Source: an uncultured Chloroflexota bacterium (GTDB lineage: Bacteria > Chloroflexota > Anaerolineae > Anaerolineales > Villigracilaceae). From it: DNA of 64,000 nt. The DNA lies in the NCBI GenBank assembly GCA_903914955.1, contig CAIWRB010000205.1, positions 6,208-70,207 of the forward strand. The letters are read 5' to 3'. Under the pieces are notes generated by a model, which had not been told where the DNA came from, ran no database searches, and saw only the letters and a program-made list of their open reading frames with translations. This document shows, one piece after another, positions 19,582 to 29,831 of this stretch. Made by a program: the position numbers and the translations under genes. How positions within the stretch are numbered: the first letter of the stretch is position 1; every line of letters starts with the position of its first letter.

Positions 19582-20832
19582 TTATTTCTTCCAGTTCTTC
19601 ATCGGCAAAACAAAATCATAGGGATACTCGGCGAGAGTTTCCATTTTTCCATCGGGACGAACCCAGAGTGTATCTTCAATGCGGAAGCCCATACCTTTTT
19701 CAGGATAATATAAGCCGGGCTCAGAGGTGATCACAACCCCGGGTGCAAGGCGATGATCGTCACCATTTGATAAACTGCTAAATGGACGTTCATGAATATT
19801 GAGTCCCACTCCATGTCCCAGCCCATGGACATACCCTTCAACAGGCGATTTGGTATGGAGAGGAGTTTTATGGCCTTTTGATTCAAAAAATTCACAAACC
19901 ATTTTCTGATAATTCTTGAAGGGTGCGTTCAAGTCAAAGTTGTCGTTCAATTTTTCAAAAATTTCTTTGACCTGATCAAAAAGTTCCTGCGCTTCTGGAG
20001 TGGCGTACCCCAAACTCCAGGTGCGAGTGAAATCATAGTAATAGCCGCCCCCAGCTTCGGCAGGATAAATATCAAAGACGATGGTTTGACCAAGCTTCAT
20101 CAAGTCAGTTGGGTTGCCTGAGGAGTGCGGTACACCCGCGTCATGACCGATCGCAAAGATAAAACCTGAGGGCAGTTCTGCGCCATGTTCCGCGACCCAC
20201 AAGCGGATCTTCGCGTGGACATCACCAACGGTAAGTGGAGAGCTATCGTCGTTCAGCAAAACTTCATCCGCGTTTACATTGCATGAGGTCAGGAAGTTTG
20301 CAATTTTGCCAACCACTTCTGTGGTGATCTTCCCCATCTTGCGGATGCGCGCCACTTCGGATTCATCCTTTGTTTCCATCGCATGCATGAAGATCGAATC
20401 TTCACGCGCTTCGCCGATAAATTCCATGGCTGGCATCAATTTCTGCAAATGTGAAAGTATTCCAAAAACTGCGCTAAGATCATACGTTCCATAAACGCCG
20501 ACACGACCCGAATTAACACCAGCATCGGCGAGCATCAATTCACAGCGTAAAGCGCCTGTCAACAAATCATCCTTGTTTGATTTTTTGCTCAAGGCGTCAA
20601 AATCATATTTGCTATAGGAAATCAACTTCAACCCGCTTTTTGCGGCTTCGTCGCGTTCCATATCGCCATGAAATAATATTGCTGCATCGCCTTGCTTTTT
20701 TATCAAGGTAGCATGACTGACATGCCCGCCGCCTGTCAAATAGGTCATCGGCGGATTGTGCTCGGCATTTCCAAACACAATGAGTGCATCCAAATTTCTG
20801 GTTTTCATGAGGGCGTCAAGATCTGATTTCAT
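19582..20832 (-). CDS. M24 family Xaa-Pro peptidase
   Basis: DFTRT, HGLGHGVGLNIHE, EPGLY, GFRIED. Confidence 0.9.
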   Translation of the reverse strand: MKSDLDALMKTRNLDALIVFGNAEHNPPMTYLTGGGHVSHATLIKKQGDAAILFHGDMERDEAAKSGLKLISYSKYDFDALSKKSNKDDLLTGALRCELMLADAGVNSGRVGVYGTYDLSAVFGILSHLQKLMPAMEFIGEAREDSIFMHAMETKDESEVARIRKMGKITTEVVGKIANFLTSCNVNADEVLLNDDSSPLTVGDVHAKIRLWVAEHGAELPSGFIFAIGHDAGVPHSSGNPTDLMKLGQTIVFDIYPAEAGGGYYYDFTRTWSLGYATPEAQELFDQVKEIFEKLNDNFDLNAPFKNYQKMVCEFFESKGHKTPLHTKSPVEGYVHGLGHGVGLNIHERPFSSLSNGDDHRLAPGVVITSEPGLYYPEKGMGFRIEDTLWVRPDGKMETLAEYPYDFVLPMKNWKK

Positions 20833-20886
20833 TGAATCTCCATTTATATATAACACCTGCACTTACGCCAGGTGCAAGTGTTCGCA

Positions 20887-22228
<1,342 letters not shown>

Positions 22229-22245
<17 letters not shown>

Positions 22246-22645
22246 CAGAAGTTGTAGGTTGTTTCCAATTCGCTTTTTCACGTAATCGAATAAAGTATTC
22301 AGTGGCGATCAAGCCACCCGCGAGGCCAAGGATGATGAAAATCGTAACGAGGCGCCCCAATTGAAGCCACGCAAGTGTGGCGAAATAAACGCCCACCCAT
22401 ATTGATTGCCGCACAAGGATGTTTGATTCTGCAGGCGGGTCACTGGTAAAACGATGATTCAAAAAATATACGATCGGCATGGCCGTGCCTGTGAGCGCCA
22501 TGATGCCAAAAACATAGAAACCCCAGCGTGACCAAACTAATGGAAGGGAAAAATAAAACAGTGCAGCAAGTCCGCCCCAACCAAAGATGATCAGGGTAAG
22601 TACGGATGGCAGGTAATTTCGGAACGTGATTTTTTGCGTGTCCAT
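22229..22645 (-). CDS. Hypothetical membrane protein (about four TM helices)
   Basis: Hydrophobic helices; overlaps the selA start; start assigned to MDTQKITF. Confidence 0.75.
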
Positions 22646-22840
22646 TGAGTGAATTATACTCGCAGAACAATTTTGACAAGCAGTCATTGGACTTATGCAG
22701 CTCAAAATCTGTTAACCGCGAGCACTTGCTCCGAGAGCCACATCATCCCGATGTACTTTCGATAGTGCGGAATCAGGGAACACAGTACAGTGATAGCGTT
22801 CGTGGGAGTTCTTGTGGTTTTGAGTAATTCCTAAAGATTT

Positions 22841-22875
22841 ACCGCAGAGATTTTTTAACTCGACACCTCTGCGGT
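22841..22875. repeat. Short inverted repeat downstream of the ammonia-lyase gene
   Basis: accgcagag ... ctctgcggt arms; related cgcaga(g/t) units occur near 29775 and 31058. Confidence 0.5.
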
Positions 22876-22899
22876 TAAAATATTCGGCTTGTTTTTCTT

Positions 22900-24426
22900 T
22901 CACTTCCCCAAAATCCCTATTTCGTTTTCAACTTCCTCTAAAATCTCACCGGATTTCACCAGAGCCTTCATCTTGTTATGATCGGTATAAAGCGGACGAT
23001 CCACTTCAAGATGATCGACATACCGGCGAATGACTTCGCGCGCTTTGAGCGAGCCCTTGCCCGGCGTGAACTCACGGAAGTCGAGCGCCTGCGCGGCGGC
23101 CATGAATTCAATACCAAGGATCCCATACGCGTTATCCAATATTTGACCATTCTTCAGCGCGGTGTTCATGCCCATTGACACAAAATCCTCCTGATCTGCC
23201 GCGGCAGGAATGGAAAGGATCGACGCCGGTGCGGAAAGAATTCTTTGCTCAACGATTAAATGATCGGCAGTGTACTGCGAGAGCATCAAGCCGGAATAAA
23301 AACCCGGCTCATGCGCAAGAAAATCTGGCAAACCTTGCGATAAAGCGGGGTTGGTCAAACGATTGAGCCTGCGTTCTGATAAAACACAAACCATCGTGAT
23401 GGCAATACCCGCCATATCCATCGGTAGTGAAACGGGCGAGCCTTGAAAGTTCGCCCCGGTCAAGGTCAGATTCAACTCAGGCACAAAGATCGGGTTATCG
23501 CCCACACCGTTCAATTCTATTTCAACCTGTACTCGCGCATACCCGATCGCATCACGCGCCGCGCCAATGACCTGTGGCGACGAACGCATCGAATACGCAT
23601 CCTGCACTTTCGTTTTCATCTTGCCGGTCGTCAAATCTGAGCCTTCGACTAGTTTCGAAATATTTTTTGCAGATGTGATCGCGCCTTTGAATCCGCGCAA
23701 CTCATGCAATTTGGTATTGTATGGTTTCATATTCCCAAGCAGCGCTTCAATAGACATGGCCGCGGCGATCTCTGTCTGCTTGATAAATCTTTCCATGTCA
23801 TAGATTTGAAGCGCCGACATGGCTGTCAGAAGATTGGATCCATTGATCGCGGCCAGACCATCCCGCGCCTGCAAGCCGGGGACTTCGATCCCAGCCCGCC
23901 GCATCGCCTCTGCGCCTGATAATTGCTCGCCGTTATAAAAGGCTTCTCCTTCCCCCATCAGCAGCAAAGCGGCTTGCGCCATCGGCGCCAGATCACCGCT
24001 AGCACCGACCGATCCTTTCTGACAAACAACCGGCGTGACACCCTTGTTCAACATCTCAACATAAGTCAATGTGATCTCGGGCCGGCAGCCAGAATTCCCG
24101 TGCGCGTGAACGTTGATTCGTCCTGCCAGTGCAGCACGAATATGCTCGATGGGCGCCGGGTCTCCAATTCCCGCCGCGTGGTTGTAGACGAGATATCTTT
24201 GAAATTCCTTTACCTGGTCATCGTTAAGCATCGTCTCAGAGAATTCGCCGATGCCGGTGTTCGTTCCGTACATAACTTCTTTTTTGGCAAGTTTATCTTC
24301 CAGCATCACACGACATATTTTGATGCGCTCCAAGGCTTCGGGGGCTAACTCAACTTTCTCGTTATACCGCGAAATGGAAACTAGTTTTTCAATTGTGAAT
24401 GACGAACCGTCAAGAATGATGGTCAT
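22900..24426 (-). CDS. hutH: MIO-dependent aromatic amino acid ammonia-lyase, most likely histidine ammonia-lyase
   Basis: MYGTNTGIG, GSVGASGDLAP (ASG MIO), QDAYSMR, DNP, QEDFVSMG; AGGAG RBS before ATG 24426. Confidence 0.8.
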   Translation of the reverse strand: MTIILDGSSFTIEKLVSISRYNEKVELAPEALERIKICRVMLEDKLAKKEVMYGTNTGIGEFSETMLNDDQVKEFQRYLVYNHAAGIGDPAPIEHIRAALAGRINVHAHGNSGCRPEITLTYVEMLNKGVTPVVCQKGSVGASGDLAPMAQAALLLMGEGEAFYNGEQLSGAEAMRRAGIEVPGLQARDGLAAINGSNLLTAMSALQIYDMERFIKQTEIAAAMSIEALLGNMKPYNTKLHELRGFKGAITSAKNISKLVEGSDLTTGKMKTKVQDAYSMRSSPQVIGAARDAIGYARVQVEIELNGVGDNPIFVPELNLTLTGANFQGSPVSLPMDMAGIAITMVCVLSERRLNRLTNPALSQGLPDFLAHEPGFYSGLMLSQYTADHLIVEQRILSAPASILSIPAAADQEDFVSMGMNTALKNGQILDNAYGILGIEFMAAAQALDFREFTPGKGSLKAREVIRRYVDHLEVDRPLYTDHNKMKALVKSGEILEEVENEIGILGK

Positions 24427-24479
24427 GGATATTCTCCTGAATGGGATATGTTTTATTGTACCTCCTCTTAAAAACAAAA

Positions 24480-24520
24480 TGCCCGCCGCTAGGATGAGGG
24501 GGGCATCCTAACGACGGGCA
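24480..24520 (-). terminator. Terminator-like hairpin in the leader of the ammonia-lyase gene
   Basis: Minus strand tgcccgtcgttaggatg-loop-catcctagcggcgggca followed by ttttgttttt. Confidence 0.7.
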
Positions 24521-24872
24521 ACCAAATAATACTACAAATTTATTTTTTTTACCACCCTAAAACAATTCCTGAAATTCTCGACATGAAAGCTCCTATTCAC
24601 GGATGATTAACATTTTCCCTCTCACTCGATCCGCTTCGGGGAATATCGTGGCGGGTGGCGACAGGGAACACGGTGTGATGAATGTCCGCGTGCCTACTAT
24701 ATTCGTATATGGGGAATCAGCTCAAAGGCAACCTTGCGCTGTAGTATTAGAAAAGGTTAATAAAATACGTCGTGTAATCGTCTGAGAGGCGTAGGACAGG
24801 CGTCAAGTACTATTTGCAGGTCCATGATAAAGTTACGGGCGTAAGGTGATTTCTCTTCTCCTCCTTGTGAAA

Positions 24873-24902
24873 GAGAGCCGGGCCTAGGCGAGCCCGGCTC
24901 TC
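24873..24902. terminator. GC-rich hairpin in the long intergenic region
   Basis: gagagccgggc-ctaggcga-gcccggctctc, 11-bp perfect stem. Confidence 0.55.
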
Positions 24903-24980
24903 TCAATTTAAAAGACATGCACATGGATAGTAGAACCGTCGTTTTTTTAACTCATATATTATTCGAGTAAAATACCTTCC

Positions 24981-25721
24981 ATGTCCAACGAAAAAGAATA
25001 CCTCCCCAAGATCGCGATGTCCATTCAAGCCCACCCTGACGATCAGGATTTTACTGTTGCTGGCACTTTAGCGAAATGGACCAAAGCGGGATGCAAAGTC
25101 ATCTGCGTGCTTATCACCAGCGGCGACTCCGGATCAAATGATGTCACCAAAGGCGCTGAATATAAACCAGTGCTAGCGGAATTGCGCGAGGCAGAGCAGC
25201 GAGCAGCGAACGCTGTGATTGGCATTAGCGAAACAGTTTTCCTTCATTATCCAGATGGAGAACTGGTGGCGAGTCTGGCACTACGCAAGGAGCTGACTCG
25301 CGTCATCCGCAAATACAAACCTGATGTGGTCGTCACTGGCGACCCTTCAGGCTGGTTCTACGGAAATGGATATATCAATCACCCTGACCATCGCGCCGCC
25401 GCAGAAGCCGCCGCGTACGCGGTCTTCCCGTCCGCTGGGACAAGGCTCATCTTCACCGATCTACTCGAAACGGGATATGAACCGCACAACGTTAAACGCT
25501 TATATATTCACGGCTCGGAAAAATCCGATACGTGGATCGATATCAGTGAAACCATCGACACCAAAATTGAAGCTTTGCAGAAACACATCAGCCAGGTGGA
25601 TACGCACGAAGTGGATAAATGGATACGCGATTGGGCGAAGGAAGAAGGCCAAGAAAAAGGCCTCGAGTTCGCCGAGGCTTATCGGGTGATGATCCTGCAA
25701 AACGAGGAAGAAGAAAAGTAA
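24981..25721 (+). CDS. PIG-L/LmbE family N-acetylglucosamine deacetylase
   Basis: AHPDD, TSGDSG, R.AE, YPDG, HPDH motifs. Confidence 0.9.
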   Translation: MSNEKEYLPKIAMSIQAHPDDQDFTVAGTLAKWTKAGCKVICVLITSGDSGSNDVTKGAEYKPVLAELREAEQRAANAVIGISETVFLHYPDGELVASLALRKELTRVIRKYKPDVVVTGDPSGWFYGNGYINHPDHRAAAEAAAYAVFPSAGTRLIFTDLLETGYEPHNVKRLYIHGSEKSDTWIDISETIDTKIEALQKHISQVDTHEVDKWIRDWAKEEGQEKGLEFAEAYRVMILQNEEEEK

Positions 25722-25762
25722 GTAGAAATTGAATTGATTTAGCCAGCCAGACAAAATAAAAA

Positions 25763-26494
25763 CTAGAAAAACAAACTTCCGATCAACACCGAAGCCAGAG
25801 TCATTGTGATGTTATCAATATCTTTGAAGTGCAATGATTCGACCACTGCGCCAGCGAGAGCAATTGCCGTAATGGGTAAAAGATAACTTGTGATCGGGGC
25901 AGGAAATATTCCAGCCAGAATATAAATAAAGATAATGACGAATGACATCAACCAGCCGCCGATAAAAACGCCCAATGTCCCCGCCATGGATTTTTTGCTA
26001 CTCCACGGGAGCTTTGCAGAAACGACGCGACGCCCCACTATATCGGCAATGCCGTCGCCGCCGCACATCATCATTAATGCGACAATGCCGATCGGGGAAT
26101 CTTTCCAATACAGCAATGTCAAAACCACGAACATAAGCCCATAAAAAAGTGGTCCGCGCAAAATTTCCTTCGGGTCACCCGTGCGAGACATGGCCTGGAC
26201 CGAGGCGTCATCCTTTATGACCCCAAACCCGATCAACGCAAATTGAAGAGTGATCGAAAACGGTACCAGCGCGGCCAACCAGCGAGCATCGGGTGTATCG
26301 CGAAAGAGCAACCAACACAGCACAAACAGCGGCCCCGTCCCAATGTGGATGACCTTGCGGCTAAGCTTGCTGTCCATCCAGCCGCGATGGGCAATGTAAT
26401 CCATGGAGCGAAGAAACAACATGGAAAGGGTAAAAGTAATAATGAGGGCAATATAATTATTCAAGGGGTTCTCCTGAAGGAATGGTTTACACAA
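25763..26494 (-). CDS. Phytol/farnesol/dolichol kinase-like membrane protein (CTP-dependent)
   Basis: SRKVIH, RGPLFY, GDGIADIVG, KSMAGT, DNIT motifs. Confidence 0.85.
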   Translation of the reverse strand: MCKPFLQENPLNNYIALIITFTLSMLFLRSMDYIAHRGWMDSKLSRKVIHIGTGPLFVLCWLLFRDTPDARWLAALVPFSITLQFALIGFGVIKDDASVQAMSRTGDPKEILRGPLFYGLMFVVLTLLYWKDSPIGIVALMMMCGGDGIADIVGRRVVSAKLPWSSKKSMAGTLGVFIGGWLMSFVIIFIYILAGIFPAPITSYLLPITAIALAGAVVESLHFKDIDNITMTLASVLIGSLFF

Positions 26495-26540
26495 TAAAAC
26501 CCGCGTTGAGCTAAAAAGATATTCCTGTAAAATATCTCCG

Positions 26541-26549
26541 TGCTATAAT
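26541..26549 (+). promoter_or_regulatory. Extended -10 promoter for the MBOAT operon
   Basis: Consensus TGCTATAAT about 115 bp upstream of the lipoprotein start. Confidence 0.55.
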
Positions 26550-26588
26550 CCGCATTTGTTTTTCAATAATCAACGCTTCAAAAAAGCA

Positions 26589-26636
26589 TAGTAACGACTT
26601 CAGTCGCTTTTGCCTGAACGACAGAAGTCGTTACTA
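26589..26636. repeat. REP-like palindrome in the probable 5' UTR
   Basis: tagtaacgacttcagtcg ... cgacagaagtcgttacta, one mismatch. Confidence 0.7.
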
Positions 26637-26665
26637 CAAGTTTAGTGATCTACTCGGAGTATTTT

Positions 26666-27055
26666 ATGAAAAAAATATTACTCGTTTGTATATTTGGGTT
26701 GGGCATACTGTTATCTGCATGTGGCTCGAAGGCTGCATCAAGCCCTGCGGCAGATGCAGTTGAAAACTATGTCAATGCGATCGTTGCTAACGATGCAAGC
26801 AAACTCTCTGCGCTTTCCTGCGCAGATTGGGAGTCACAGGCGCTGATCGAGCTGGATTCTCTACAAGCAGTGACATCTACCCTAGATGGTTTTTCCTGCC
26901 AACAATCAGGCGCAGCTGGAGAAATGATCTTGGTCTCTTGCACGGGAAAGATGATCCTTAGCTACAACGGTGAAAATCAGGAGCTTGACCTTTCCACCCG
27001 AACGTATCAAGTTGTACAACAGGGCGGCAATTGGTTAGTTTGTGGTGTGCTGTAA
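26666..27055 (+). CDS. Lipoprotein with four additional Cys
   Basis: Signal peptide with LSAC lipobox; first gene of the MBOAT operon. Confidence 0.8.
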   Translation: MKKILLVCIFGLGILLSACGSKAASSPAADAVENYVNAIVANDASKLSALSCADWESQALIELDSLQAVTSTLDGFSCQQSGAAGEMILVSCTGKMILSYNGENQELDLSTRTYQVVQQGGNWLVCGVL

Positions 27056-27060
27056 ATATT

Positions 27061-27177
27061 TTGAAACACATCTTCTCACGCGAGAATCATTGGGCATTGC
27101 TATTCTGTCTGATATTGATCGCTTTGGTGATCTTCACAGCGGATAGCAGCCCAACATGGATCTATCTGGGTTTTTAG
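27061..27177 (+). CDS. DltX-like small membrane peptide (38 aa), not in the ORF track
   Basis: TTG start; MKHIFSRENHWALLFCLILIALVIFTADSSPTWIYLGF*: one TM helix, polar linker, terminal WIYxxF; stop 1 nt before the MBOAT ATG. Start could alternatively be TTG 27040. Confidence 0.8.
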   Translation: MKHIFSRENHWALLFCLILIALVIFTADSSPTWIYLGF

Positions 27178-27178
27178 C

Positions 27179-28606
27179 ATGACGATCATTCAAATTCTGG
27201 TCATCGCGGCGGCCGCTTTGTTCTGGGGGCTGGTCATGCGTGAACGCGGCCGTTCCTATTTCCTCTTGATCACAAGCGTCATCGTGATTTTCTGGCTGCA
27301 GCCAAGCCTGCCTTTGCGCGGATTCGATTTTTGGATTCCCACTTCAACGCTCATCGTGGCGGTTTTCAGCTGGTACATCAGCGCATCTGAAGAATCGCGC
27401 CGCGAAAAAAAGAATTGGGGCACTATTTCAATTTTGGCGGGAATGATCTTATTCATTAATCTAACTCGCTTCCTTCCATTTGATTCGATAATCACGCGCT
27501 CCCGTCCGCCTCAAACTGTTTTTTTATTTATGGTTCTGGCGTTATCTGGATTGCTTTTCTTTTTTATAACACGCCTGAAACATTTCAATCCATCATTATT
27601 ATCCACAAGCATCATCGGACTTATTGCAGTTTTTCTTGCGCTCAAAGTTCCGGCGCTTGCTTACTGGGTCAGCTATGGAATTCGGTCACTCGCGAATCAA
27701 TCATTACTCGAAGCCGCGAGTACTGACTTGCGCTGGCTTGGGTTTTCATACATTGCCTTCCGTATTATCCACACCCTGCGTGACCGTCAAATGGGACGAT
27801 TGCCAGTGGTTGACCTCGCAGAATATGTGACCTATATTATTTTTTTCCCCGCTTTCACCGCGGGTCCCATTGACCGCATCGAACGATTTATCAAAGACCT
27901 GCGTACACCTCCCACTCCTGACAACGACGAATTATTAATTGCAGGTCAACGCTTTATGATGGGCCTATTCAAAAAATTTGTCATCGCCGACGCCCTGGCA
28001 TTGATCGCATTGAATGACACAAACGCATTACAAATCCGTTCGACTGGCTGGATGTGGATGTTACTGTACGCCTACGCATTTCAGATCTACTTTGACTTTA
28101 GCGGCTACACTGATATCGCGATCGGGGTTTCCCGCCTGCTGGGGATTCAGTTACCAGAGAATTTTTCTGCGCCTTATCAAAAGCCAAACTTGACCCAGTT
28201 CTGGAATAACTGGCACATAACGCTGACTCAATGGTTCCGCGCGTATTTCTTTAACCCTGTCACTCGCTGGCTGAGGTCTTGGAAAAAGCCCATGCCTGCG
28301 CCAGTCATGATCGCGCTGACACAGATCGCCACCATGTTGTTGATCGGTTTCTGGCATGGTGTCACCTGGAATTTTGCGCTGTGGGGTCTGTGGCATGGAG
28401 TCGGTTTGTTCATCCACAACCGTTGGAGTGACATGACCAAAGTCCGCGCTGCGGCATGGGCGACAACACCATCGAGAAAAACTTTATTAAATGTGAGCGG
28501 AATAATTATCACATTTAACTTCGTAGCGCTCGGCTGGATATTTTTTGCATTATCTTCAACGTCCACTTCAATGCAGGTATTTTTGAAATTATTTGGGTTG
28601 CGCTAA
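27179..28606 (+). CDS. MBOAT family O-acyltransferase (DltB/AlgI-like)
   Basis: GFSYIAFR, FFPAFTAGPIDR, YFDFSGYTDIA, FWNNWHITL, GFWHG catalytic His. Confidence 0.94.
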   Translation: MTIIQILVIAAAALFWGLVMRERGRSYFLLITSVIVIFWLQPSLPLRGFDFWIPTSTLIVAVFSWYISASEESRREKKNWGTISILAGMILFINLTRFLPFDSIITRSRPPQTVFLFMVLALSGLLFFFITRLKHFNPSLLSTSIIGLIAVFLALKVPALAYWVSYGIRSLANQSLLEAASTDLRWLGFSYIAFRIIHTLRDRQMGRLPVVDLAEYVTYIIFFPAFTAGPIDRIERFIKDLRTPPTPDNDELLIAGQRFMMGLFKKFVIADALALIALNDTNALQIRSTGWMWMLLYAYAFQIYFDFSGYTDIAIGVSRLLGIQLPENFSAPYQKPNLTQFWNNWHITLTQWFRAYFFNPVTRWLRSWKKPMPAPVMIALTQIATMLLIGFWHGVTWNFALWGLWHGVGLFIHNRWSDMTKVRAAAWATTPSRKTLLNVSGIIITFNFVALGWIFFALSSTSTSMQVFLKLFGLR

Positions 28607-28656
28607 TCGTCGTTGAGAGGGTGCTATCGCTTCTTGCAGCGACATAATGAGACTTT

Positions 28657-29751
28657 ATGAAAACACTTAATATCATCGTAAAAGGTTTGTCTCTTTTTAT
28701 TATTATCAATTTACTATTCACCATCCTGCAGCCAGAGATCGGGCGTCTGTCGGCTTATAACATCATATTTCCAGGGCGGGAACGATTGCCATTTGGAGAG
28801 AATTCTGCGAAGGCTTATAACCTGAGTCTCTTTGATCTGAATGCAATGTTCGCTTCACATAGAATCGATGGCGACCAGAAACAGGCTGATGAATTTCGTG
28901 TGATTTTGATCGGAGACTCTTCTGTTTGGGGGACATTGCTTAAACCTGAAGAGTCACTTGCGGGTCAACTTAATTCTGCAAACATTTCGGCGTGCGGAAA
29001 AAATGTGACTGTTTATAATCTTGGGTATCCGACCATTTCGTTGACGAAAGATTTGCTTTTGCTATCACACGCAATAAAGTATCAACCTGACCTGATCATT
29101 TGGCTGACAACACTGGAAGCATTTCCATTGGAGAAACAGATCGCATCGCCGTTGGTCGCTAACAATCAAGAGTCTCTCCTTCGTTTGGCAAACAGCTACA
29201 GGCTTAAGGTTGATTCGAATGACCCTGCCTTTAATCGGGACTCGTTTTGGGGCAGTACCATCATTGGAAAGCAGAGAGCGCTCGCAGATGTCTTCCGCTT
29301 GCAATTTTATGGTGTACTATGGGCCGCCACTGGCATTGACCAAATTTATCCATCTGATTTCACGAAGGCACAAACCGATTTTAAAGTTGACCAGAAATTT
29401 CATGAATTTGAGCCGCCTGTGCTGGATGAAAATTCGCTAGCAATCAACGCTCTCGAAACCGGAATGGATTTGGCGGGCGACACGCCTATAATAATCGTCA
29501 ATGAACCGATCTTGATCAGCGACGGAAAAAATAGCGACATCCGCTATAATTTCTTTTATCCACGCTGGGCATATGACCAGTATCGAGCCTTGATGGTTGC
29601 GCAAAGTAAAATAAATAATTGGAATTATGTTGATCTTTGGGATGCCGTGCCCGCGAATGAATTTACGAACAGCGCGATCCATCTCACCCCGCGTGGAGAG
29701 ACTCAACTGGCCGAAAAAATTGAACCTGTCATCACAACAGTTTGCAGATGA
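28657..29751 (+). CDS. Membrane-anchored SGNH-like protein (DltD/AlgJ-like acyltransferase candidate)
   Basis: N-terminal TM helix, IGDSSVWG block I, NLGYP block II, C-terminal FTNSAIHL. Confidence 0.7.
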   Translation: MKTLNIIVKGLSLFIIINLLFTILQPEIGRLSAYNIIFPGRERLPFGENSAKAYNLSLFDLNAMFASHRIDGDQKQADEFRVILIGDSSVWGTLLKPEESLAGQLNSANISACGKNVTVYNLGYPTISLTKDLLLLSHAIKYQPDLIIWLTTLEAFPLEKQIASPLVANNQESLLRLANSYRLKVDSNDPAFNRDSFWGSTIIGKQRALADVFRLQFYGVLWAATGIDQIYPSDFTKAQTDFKVDQKFHEFEPPVLDENSLAINALETGMDLAGDTPIIIVNEPILISDGKNSDIRYNFFYPRWAYDQYRALMVAQSKINNWNYVDLWDAVPANEFTNSAIHLTPRGETQLAEKIEPVITTVCR

Positions 29752-29831
29752 CCTTAGAGTTTGTTTCTGCCCGCAGAGTCACTAATTTGCGCAGATCAAT
29801 CTTTTTCGGCGAAACTGATTTAGGAGTATGA

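Noticed and set aside
22712-22903. 63-aa minus-strand ORF overlapping the lyase stop
   Set aside because: No recognisable motif, and it runs through an inverted repeat; other frames lack a start. Left uncalled.
24655-24710. Cobalamin riboswitch call from agggaacacggtg
   Set aside because: The following conserved elements (AAxxCC, GCCACTG, downstream B12 box) are not present; not supported as a riboswitch.
24725-24760. SAM-I or c-di-GMP riboswitch call from ggcaacc...aaggt
   Set aside because: Lacks the TTATC..GAG and GGTGCxAA elements of SAM-I and the GCAAA/GAAA architecture of c-di-GMP-I.
24603-24785. 60-aa + strand ORF in the long intergenic region
   Set aside because: No RBS, no motif, no neighbouring gene context.
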